Source: Sminthopsis crassicaudata
Taxonomy: Eukaryota
Assembly: GCF_048593235.1 (NCBI RefSeq)
Contig: NC_133617.1
Span: 752,339,897-752,403,896, forward strand
Direction: 5' to 3'
Length of the DNA stretch: 64,000 nucleotides
The notes beneath the pieces were generated by a model, which ran no database searches, was not told the DNA's origin, and saw only the letters and a list, made by a program, of their open reading frames with translations. Within the stretch, counting starts at the first letter, position 1. Each line of letters starts with the position of its first letter. The translations under genes and the position numbers were made by a program. This document shows, in pieces, positions 11,959 to 21,510 of this stretch.

Positions 11959-12480
11959 TGTTATAGGCCAGAACTCTGAACTTGAAACAAGGATTCTTAC
12001 AAGGTGCCAAGGCAGTGGAATTGATAGAGACAATGATTGTTTACCATGGTGCTTAGCAATTCTCTGGTTCAGTACATATACTTAGTATTTTCTATAGTTC
12101 CACAAGCTTCACATTGATAAGAGAGTATATAAGCTCAGACAAACAGCCAGAATCAGAACTGGAAGACAGAGACCATGGTGGCGGTCCTTCTGCCCCACAG
12201 AAACCAAGACACATTCAGGAGGACCTCAAGAAGCTGGCAGAGGCAGAGAACACAAAGGACTGGCGGCAGGAGCTTAAACTCTAGGAACCAAGGAGAGAGA
12301 CAGGCCTCTATTACAATTACCGGGGCCCCAGGAAGGAGACAAGACTTTGACGGAGACAATAAAGGATTTGGATTTAACACCTGGCTGTACTCGTGGTGAT
12401 TACTGAACTGAAACAAAGACTGCTCCAGAGACCCCAAGGAACCCCAACAGAGAACGTTACATTTTGGTGAGAACATTGCA
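11959..12480 (+). mobile_element. Solo LTR (522 bp) with 6-bp TSD
   Basis: TG...CA termini; TSD GTAGGG at 11953-11958 and 12481-12486; TATATAA at 12126; AATAAA at 12358-12363. Confidence 0.88.
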
Positions 12481-13166
12481 GTAGGGAGCTCCTCATTCCT
12501 AGAGGCCTTCAAGACAAGGTGGGATGACCAAGACATAATGTTGTAGAGAACATTGTGTTTCAGGGCCTGGATGCCCACATAACTACATAGAACCCTCATG
12601 GCAGCCTGAGATTTTGTGATATTCATGTGACACTGCAAGAGTGCTGTGCCAGTAATAACAAGCCCATTACACAGGTAAGGAAGCTGAGCTTTCCAAAGGC
12701 TAAATCATGCTCCCAGTCACATAGCCAGCAAGTGCCCCAATCCCAATTGGATCAGAGGTCTCTGGACTTAGCATTAATTGTTCTCCCCACTCTATCACGA
12801 TTTTCCCCTCCTGCATCTGAGCAAAGATCTTGAGATCTTTATTGTTGGTCATATCTGGCTTTTCAACTATCCCAGAGTTTTGCCTTGCTGCCCACACGAG
12901 AATTCCTGACTGCCCAACCCTCCTTTCCCTCTTTCTTGGTCTTTGCAAGAGCCCCTAACATCTCCTACCACCTCTTCTTCCTGTAATTTTGCCTCCCACC
13001 TATTCTGAACTGCAAGGAACAGATTGAGGCCCCTGAGACCCCCAGATTTTCCTGCCATAAACCTGGAGGCTAAATGCAGTTTTTTCTTGCATCACTTGCT
13101 GTCTCCAGAAAGGTTCCCACCCAAGGAGGTGGAGGCAGGGGGCTGACACAGAGGGGCCAGAGCCCC

Positions 13167-13174
13167 TTTAAATA
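13167..13174 (+). promoter_or_regulatory. TATA-like box (TTTAAATA) of candidate secreted-protein gene
   Basis: About 77 nt upstream of the signal-peptide ATG at 13251, implying a TSS near 13200. Confidence 0.55.
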
Positions 13175-13250
13175 GGACTCCAGCTTCTCTGGCAGACACT
13201 GCTCAGCCTGGTTTCCCACCGGCCCTCACCACCTGAAGAAAGTCTTAAAC

Positions 13251-13314
13251 ATGATGAAGGAAATCCTGGTCTTCTCTGCCTTCATGACTCTGGCTCTGGT
13301 CCACTCAAGTCAAG
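13251..13314 (+). CDS. Candidate orphan secreted protein, exon 1 (signal peptide MMKEILVFSAFMTLALVHSSQ)
   Basis: Basic N-terminus, hydrophobic core, small residues at the end, then a consensus phase-1 donor AAG|GTAAGT. Confidence 0.75.
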
Positions 13315-13612
13315 GTAAGTTGAGGGAGCCATCTTATAAAACTCTTCATTGTAGTGAAGCCTCTGAATGATAAAGAACCTTTCTGGGGGCGGGGGAGGGG
13401 AGAGGTTGAATGATAAGCTGGAAGCTTGTCCCCACCTTCCCCCACTCCATTCCACCCCACAGGGTTTCCAACCAGCAGATTTTCATTACTAAAAATCACA
13501 AGGCTCCAGTTGTGAATAACTGCAGATGGGTGGATGCTAGCAGAGAAAAGCCAGAGGTATGGTAGGAGGATGGAAACCATGTTGGGTCACAAGGTTCTTC
13601 ACAAAGGAGAGG

Positions 13613-14850
13613 AATGTAATGTAGTCGGGGAGAGGAACAAGAACATGTAATCGAGTTGGGGAGGGGAACGAGAGCATGTAACCCAGTCCAGAAGAGGAAC
13701 AAGAACATGTAATCCAGTCAGGGAGGGGAATGAGAGCATGTAATCCAGTCAGGGAGGGGAATGAGAGCATGTAATCCAGTCAGGGAGGGGAATGAGAGCA
13801 TGTAATCCAGTTGGGGAGGGGAATAAGAGCATGTAACCTAGTCCAGGAGAGGAACAAGAACATGTAATCTAGTAAGGAAGAGGTATGAGAGCATGTAATC
13901 TAGTCAGGGAAGGGAATAAGAGCATGTAATCCAGTCGGGGAAGGGAGCAAGAGCATGTAATCTAGTCAGGGAAGGGAGCAAGAGCATGTAATCTAGTCAG
14001 GGAAGGGAGCAAGAGCATGTAATCTAGTCAGGGAAGGGAGCAAGAGCATGTAATCTAGTCAGGGAAGGGAATAAGAGCATGTAATCCAGTCGGGGAAGGG
14101 AGCAAGAGCATGTAATCTAGTCAGGGAAGGGAGCAAGAGCATGTAATCCAGTCAGGGAAGGGAATAAGAGCATGCAATCCAGTCGGGGAAGGGAGCAAGA
14201 GCATGTACATGTAATCTAGTCAGGGAGGGGAACAAGAACATGTAATCTAGTCGGGGAGAAGAACAAGAACATGTAATCTAGTTGGGGAGGGGAGCAAGAG
14301 CATATAATCCAGTCGGGGAAGGGAGCAAGAGCATGTAATCTAGTCAGGGAAGGGAGCAAGAGCATGTAATCCAGTCAGGGAAGGGAGCAAGAGCATGTAA
14401 TCTAGTCAGGGAGGGGAATGAGAGCAATCTAGTCGGGGAGAGGAACAAGAACATGTAATCTAGTTGAGGAAAAAAGGAAGAACATGTAATGTAGTTGGGG
14501 AGAGGAACAAGAACATGTAATCTAGTTGAGGAAAAAAGGAAGAACATGTAATGTAGTTGGGGAGAGGAACAAGAACATGTAATCTAGTTGGGAAGGAGAT
14601 CAAGAGCATGTAATCTATTTGGTGAAGAGAGCAAGAGCATGTAACTGAGTCCAGGAGAACAATAACATGTAATCTAGTCGGGGAGAGGAAGAACATGTAA
14701 TCTAGTTGGGGAGAGGAACAAGAACATGTAATCTAGCTGGGGAAGGGAGCAAGAGCATGTAATCTAGTCGGGGAAGGGAGTGAGAGCATGTAATCTAGTC
14801 AGGGAGGGGAACAAGAGCATGTAATCTAGTCGGGGAGGGGAGTCTAGTTG
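13613..14850. repeat. 31-bp minisatellite, about 39-40 copies
   Basis: Unit CATGTAATCTAGTCAGGGAAGGGAGCAAGAG with variants. Confidence 0.95.
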
Positions 14851-15165
14851 GGTGATCTCTGAAAGAAGAGACTGTAGGCTATGGAGTTAAAAGGAACCTT
14901 GGAAATCTCTGATTCCCCTCCCCTCATTTTATGAGAGCCCTGAGGTCTCTAGCAGGACAAGGATTCATACAAAATCTTCCTGGGAATTGATCAGAAGAGC
15001 TGGAAGGGAACTCACCAGGTTAGGTTCTCTCTCCACTATGCAGCCCACCTTCTCATTTTTAATTTCTCTTATTTGATGCCCTGGTTTGGGGAAAAGGCAT
15101 GCAGCTGGGAGGATGAAAGGAAGGAGGATCAGTAAGCAGAAAAATACATGGACTCTGGGGCTGAG

Positions 15166-15399
15166 AACTCTGCCAGCCCAACCACCAAGATGCCAGTGAA
15201 AGAAGCAAGCTTAGCGCCGACCAGGAGGCCAGTCATGGAGCCAGTGAAAGCTCCAAGGTGACTGAAGGACCTACCAGTGAGCCCAGTAAGGAGCCACCTG
15301 TAAAATCCAGCCTGGAGGCAACCCAAAAACTCTATTTAAATTTTCTGGAAACTATGACTGAGATACCAAGTGCAAAGTCCATTAAGAACTCCCCCACTG
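15166..15399 (+). CDS. Candidate orphan secreted protein, exon 2 (Ser/Glu/Pro-rich plus amphipathic helix); 5' boundary uncertain, possibly pseudogenised
   Basis: Open frame ELCQPNHQDASERSKLSADQEASHGASESSKVTEGPTSEPSKEPPVKSSLEATQKLYLNFLETMTEIPSAKSIKNSPT ending in phase-1 donor CTG|GTAAGA; in-frame acceptors are weak. Confidence 0.5.
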
Positions 15400-16729
15400 G
15401 TAAGAAAACGCTGGGCTGCCACGTTCTCCCCTCACTCCCCCCACTTGGGGAGGGAGGGAGGAAGGGAGGACCATCGAGGGCTGTCCAGGCTGTCACAGAA
15501 TTCGTTTGTGAGTGCACATCCTCATTTCAAGCTCCATTTCTCCCACTGACTAGCAGGGTCACTCACATTCTTAGCCTCAAATTTTTAATCTGCAAATTGG
15601 GCAAAATAGTATATAAACAGCAAAGTGGGGTTGGGGGTGCAGTCTGGAGACTTGGTTTTGAATCCCACTTCAGAAAGCTACTAGTTGTGAGATCTTGAGG
15701 AAAATGCCTGACTTTTCAGCGTCTCAGTTTGCTGACAATAATTACTTCTACTTCTTGACTCACATTTTATTGTGAGACTCAAATGAGGTCACGCATGAGA
15801 ACGCCTTGCCAGCTTTGAAGTGTTACATACATGTAAGCCATGGTCATGAAGGTTGGTGCAGTGGTTAGAGATGCTTCTAGGATTTGTGGAAGAGTTCATT
15901 CAAATCCCTCTTCATCTAGCACCTGGCTGTTGGACCCAGGCCGAGACCCCTAGAAAACCTAAGATCTCACTGGAGGAGCTTTAGATAATGGGTCAATCAT
16001 TTAGAAAGCATCCATTAAGCCCAAGAGCTGGGCTCTTGTGGATTCACAAGAAATTATTAGTCACCTACTGTGTGCCAGCACATAGTGGAGATGTCTTTAT
16101 GAAGAATGAAAGGATCCCTACAGCAGGCAAAGGGGAGGGGAGATTGTATTTCCTTGATTTGCTTAATGAAAAGGAACACTCTTCAAAGGAGGTGGATGAG
16201 CCCATCAGCCTCCAACTCCCTTCCCAGGGATTCCTGCCTGGGATGCTCTGGAGGCCGGAGGCTGCACTGTTGGAGAGATGGGCCAGCCTGGCTCTGGATT
16301 TCACTAACAGAAAGTGGCCTGGGCAGGCCAATCGTTCAGATCCTGCCCGTCTTACAGTTAAGGAATTAGATCCACTAGTGGAAGCACAGGGAGGCAGACT
16401 CAGGCCGGATGTCCAAGAAAAGGACCTAATAGGGAGAGCTGCTGGAGGAGAGGCTATCTGGGGGGAGAGTGAGTTCCCCGACCCTGTAGGTATTCCAGGA
16501 GAGTGTGGTAGGAAGTGAGCAAGCAGGGAAGGAGGATTCTGGTTCTGGGGCAGGCTGCTGGTAAGTGAAGGTATTTTCCACTCAGAGACACTGTAAATGA
16601 ATCCATGATTCCTTCCCCAGAACTAGGGCTCTGCTGAAATGTGATACTATAGGTGGAGAACGATAAGGGGAGGCAGCCTAAGATTTTTCATTAACCAGGT
16701 GAAAATCATCATTTTACTTTCCCTTACAG

Positions 16730-17015
16730 ACTAAGAATCCCAAGAGGAATCCACCTCCATCCAAGCACATTTATGAAAGGCGCTGCCTTTCAGGCGGCAA
16801 AGGTCTCCATCTAACCAAAAATGGGATTGTAGACGCCGTCACTGTGGTAATGGTTTGGTGCTTTTCAGCCCATTTCCAACTCAGTTGCCTGGAGTAAGAG
16901 GCTGAGTGAGAAAACTTGCGTGAGAGCCACAAGCTCTGCTCCTGACTTCTCTTTGTAATCTCTGCTTTTTTGTACATGTGCCTTAAAACAATAAATTACT
17001 TACACTAATAAGGCT
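16730..17015 (+). CDS. Candidate orphan secreted protein, terminal exon (Asp, stop, then 3' UTR)
   Basis: Strong acceptor attttactttcccttacag|AC TAA completes a phase-1 codon (GAC) then stops at 16732-16734; AATAAA at 16990-16995 with downstream tgtgagttctttct. Confidence 0.65.
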
Positions 17016-18399
17016 CGATGTGAGTTCTTTCTGGGGAAAATGCACAAATCCTGAGCAGGAGGATTCAGAGTCGAACAAGAGCCCTATATTTTTCCGAGTA
17101 GTAAGAGTGTAGACATGGAGTCTCCAAGTAGTAGAAGAGACTCTCCCGGCAGATCTTGAGAGCTCCCCTGGTTGATCTCCGAACCAGTTGTCACAACCAC
17201 AGCCACCCCCTGAAGTTGGCCACCTTCATCCCCAGGAGGGAGAAGGACATCATCCCAGCTTTGAATGCTCTGTTCTAAAATGCTATGTCCAGCTCTTGGG
17301 AAATCAGCTTATAAAAAGCATTGATGAATAAGAGAGATCCCAGAGAAAGGCAAGTCAACAAGCATTTATTAATAATAACAGTGCCTGTGTGCCAGGCACT
17401 GTGTGTGCTAAGTAATCAAAGGGTAATGATCTCAAGATCACTCAAGGATCAGCTCACAAGAGTCAAGGCTATTCAGGCTGAAAAATAAAAGGGATAGTGT
17501 TTAATGCATTGTCTGGCACACAGTAGGTGCTTAAGAATTGTTTATTAATTGATTTTCCCAATATTTGAAAGGCTATTGAGGGGAAAGAGAGATTCTCGTC
17601 CCCAAAAGGAAGAAGGGAGAGCAATAGGGATCAGTGGCAGAGACAGACTTGGGACTGAAGGAAGAAAAATCTCTCTAGTAATCAGAGCTGTCCCAAAGTT
17701 GCCTTGGTAGGCAACCTATGGCTTCTCTCTGGAGTTCCAATTCGGTCTGTCTGCCTCTTTCTGAGGGATGTTGTGAATAAGGCTCCCATTCAGCCCCACT
17801 TGGTGCTCCCTGGAGAGTAGGTACATTCTCAGATGCCTCAAAGTTCAAAGGTCTGGGGAGCAGTTCGGATGGCAGGCAGAATGGGCTGGGAGAGAAGAAT
17901 AGGAGACATTTCATAAGGTCACTCTGAACAAGAAAAGGTGGAGGAAATGGAGGCAGCCCAAGGTGAATCAGAGTCTAGGTTCCCAGGTATTAAGAGAATA
18001 TGTGGGCTCCTGGAGGTTAGTGATTGATTTTTTTGCTTTTACAGTAGTAGACCTGGGATGGTCTCTTGGACATCAGTGAGTGCTTAATTTGCATGGATTG
18101 ATTTAAGTCCCATTGTTCTTTGCTTTGGTTAAACAGCATGAGAGGTGTGGAGTTCGGTTCTGAGAATCTCATTTGGAAAGGATCTGAGAGGCAGGAGAGA
18201 GCCTAGATGGGAGTGACGCTATTCACTAGCACTTCTTATATATCAGAGGCCATGGCCAGTGCTGAGGAGCTTTACAATGCACAATGCCCAGTACATGGTT
18301 GGTAATTAATGAATGCTTATTCCCTCCCTCATCTCCTAAGTGAGAAAGTTACATATAGAAGCAAAAGAAAAGCCCCTCACTAATACGTAGCCGATAGAG

Positions 18400-19150
18400 T
18401 TGTGAACTGCTCCAACCATTCTGGAGAGCAATTTGGAACCATGCCAGTAAAACAGTACGCGCCCTTTGATCCAACAATGTCAATATTGGGTCTGCATCCC
18501 AAAGGGAAGGGAAGGGAACCCCATGTGCAAAACTGTTTGTGGCAGCCCTTTTTGTGGAGGCAAGGAACTGGAAATTGAGTGGATGCCCATCAGTGGGAGA
18601 ATGGCTGAATAAGTGATGAAATAGGAATGTTATGGAATATTATTGTTCCATAAGAAACAATCAACAGGATGATTTCAGAAAGGCCTGGAGAGACTTACAT
18701 GAACTGATGCTGAGTGAAGGAAGCAGAAACAAGAGAATATTGTGCACAGTATCAGAAAGATTATGTAATGATCAGCTATGATGGACTCTTTTTAACATTG
18801 AGGTGATTCACGGCAATTCAATAGACTTGTGATGGAGAGAGCCATTTGCATCAGAGAGAGAATGGAGACTAAATGTGGATGGAAGCATTGTTTGCATTTT
18901 TTTCTCTTTCTCTCGTTTTTTCCCCCTTTGATCTGATTTTTCTTGTGGCACATGATGAATATGGAAATTCATGTTTAAAAGAACTGTACATGTTTAACCT
19001 ATAGTGGTGGATTGCTTGCTGTCTTGGGGAAGGGAGGAAGGGAGAAAAAATTTGGAACACAAGGTTTTGCAAAAGTGAATGTTGGAAAACAATCTTTGCA
19101 TGTATTTGGAAAAATAAAAAAGCTATTATAAAAGAAGAAAAAAAAGCTAT
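18400..19150 (+). mobile_element. L1 3' end (ORF2 tail, 3' UTR, A-rich tail)
   Basis: aaccattctggagagcaatttggaacc...gaactgatgctgagtgaa...ggaacacaaggttttgcaaaagtgaatgttgg then A-rich end. Confidence 0.85.
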
Positions 19151-20319
19151 TATTAAAAAAGAAGAAGAGGTCAGGGATCTCCGAGTTTGTATCCTCATAG
19201 GCAAAGACAGTCCTTCAGAGGGAGCTGGAAAGTGGAAAAAAGGGGTAATCATGAGTGGGTCATGGTTACAATCAGGGCACAGTGAAGACCACTTGAAGGC
19301 TATGGTCACAGATGAAAAGAAGATCTTCTTTACCCTCTGAAGGGGTACCTTGCCGACGAGAGAATACATTTGCTTTGCTTGTCCTCAATGGACAGAGGAC
19401 AGGACAATGGGTGGAAATAACAGGAATGAAGTCACGTCTGGGACAATGCAAGGCACGTGTCTTTAAAATCCAAACCGTCCCAAAGAGGACTCAGCTGTCC
19501 ATCAGAAAAGGCTGCTCTCATACTCTCGGCCTTCTGAAGGTCAGTTATTCAAATCAAAATACACAAAGAGCAGAATGATGTATCCTTCACTCTATAGGAA
19601 TTTGGCAATAGTCTGAGGCGGTAAGTGAGGGCCCCCTGACTCCAGAAGGCTGATGGTGAGGGTCACTATTCCCCTCCTGCCAGAGAACACTCAGAAGGAG
19701 ACACACTTTTTGAATGTGGCCAATTAAGGAACTTGTTAATAAGCATAATGGTTACAAGGGCTTTTTTCTTCTTTTTTTCCCAATGGGAAGAAGTAAGAAG
19801 AAATAGAGTTTTTTCCATTAAAAAATAATTTTTGAAAACAAAATCTGCACATCCAAGAGAGGAAAAGCTAGATGAGATAGAAACACAGCAGCAACTTCTG
19901 CAGTCTCACCAGTGAGATCTTGCACCATTAGGAACCCAGAAAGGCTGCCATACCAGATACCTCAGTGAGAAGAGAGATATAGTGAGAGGAACAAAAAGTA
20001 TACGGGAGAATAAAGCCCACGATTAAGAAATAAGTGAGTCCAGAGGTTGTGGATGGCTAAAAAGCCTCTTTCTTCCTTGATTATGAATATTTTTCTTCAA
20101 AAAGAGGGTCAGAAAACCTTAGATCTTGCAAGCACTGAAGAAAGAAATTGGCCAGAAATCATTGGCTACTGATGTGGGAGCCATTTAAGAACCTTCTTTA
20201 TATGAAGCAAACACTGACTAGTCAGGGAATGATCAAAATAAACATCAAATTGGGATAAGAGAAAAATGACAAACTGGTTTGTATAAAGCTAAATTTTATT
20301 TTACTTTTTCAAATTCATA

Positions 20320-20605
20320 AGAGAAAAGAAGAGAAAAAAAAGAAAAAANNNNNNNNNNNNNNNNNNNNNNNNNNNNNNNNNNNNNNNNNNNNNNNNNNNN
20401 NNNNNNNNNNNNNNNNNNNNNNNNNNNNNNNNNNNNNNNNNNNNNNNNNNNNNNNNNNNNNNNNNNNNNNNNNNNNNNNNNACTAAGGAGGGAGAGAGGA
20501 AGAGAAGAGAGGTAAGGAGAAAGGGGAGGAAAAAAGAAAGAGAGGAGAGGGGAAATAAGGAGAGGAGAGAAGAAGAAAAGAAGGGAGAAAGAGAAAATGA
20601 TGAAG
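20320..20605. repeat. Polypurine tract with assembly gap (N 20349-20481)
   Basis: A/G-rich flanks around an N run. Confidence 0.85.
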
Positions 20606-21104
20606 AAATTGCCATAACTTATCATGAGTTCTCAAAGACGCCCAAGTCATATGAAGCAGTTGCCACCACAGGGAGGTCCAAACAGCACAGAAACTGCCTT
20701 AGACAGCAGAGTCTCTGGCCAAGCTGAGACAAAAGGCATCCCAGGGAAATACGAGTCTGAATTCTAAATAAACCAGCGGAAGATGGTGCTTCCCTCCAAG
20801 GCCATGAAGAAGCATTTGCCGTAAAAGTCAGCCTGCAGAAAGCTCAGCAAGAAACCAGTTACGAGCCATCAGACCGAGAACAGATGTCTCGCCAAGGTCA
20901 GGTAGCAGAGAGTGGAACACGGTGGTCAGTGCGCTTATAATGACTTATTTCCATAATCAATTACGGCGGCCCCCATGCAACAGAACTTTTAACAGCTGAG
21001 TCCCTGCTGGGGGCAAAGTTAGAAAAGAAGCACACAGACCAGACCAAGTGTGCACAGAAATCCTTGTGGGTTTATATTTTTTACATGATTTTAAATGTTT
21101 CTTT

Positions 21105-21510
21105 TTTAATAATAGCTTTTTCTTTTTCAAATACACGCAGATAGTTTTCACTCTTGCAAAATCTCATGTCCCAAATTTGTCTCCTTTCCTCCCCACCTCC
21201 TCCCCTAGGCAGCTAGTAATCCAATACAGGCTAAACACGTGCCATTCTTCTAAACCTATTTCCACCGTTATCATGTTGTACAAGTAAAATCGGATCAAAA
21301 AGGGAAAAACAAGAGAAAAAAAAACCAAGCAACAACAACAATAACAACAACAAAAAGGTGAAAATGCTATGTTGTGATCTACACTCAGGCTGGACACTTC
21401 TCTCCGGATGCAAATGCTCTCTCCATCCCAGGCTATTGGAACTGGCCCGAATCATCTCATTGTTTAAAAAAGCCAAGTCCATCACAGTTGATCATCACAT
21501 ATTGTCGTTG
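21105..21510 (-). mobile_element. L1 3' UTR fragment
   Basis: T-rich start, cttgcaaaatctcatgtcccaaattt...gatcaaaaagggaaaaa...gttgtgatctacactcag as in marsupial L1 3' UTRs. Confidence 0.75.

Noticed and set aside
15988-16518. 176-aa single-exon ORF
   Set aside because: Lies in the orphan gene's intron, overlaps L2/MIR-like relics and shows no homology or coherent composition.
16640-17195. TGTGA...TCACA bounded segment with AATAAA as a solo LTR
   Set aside because: No TSD; better explained as the terminal exon of the orphan gene (strong acceptor, in-phase stop, polyA signal with downstream element).
19598-19620. 23-nt segment with good acceptor and GTAAGT donor
   Set aside because: Not frame-preserving, stops in two frames and no partner exons identified.
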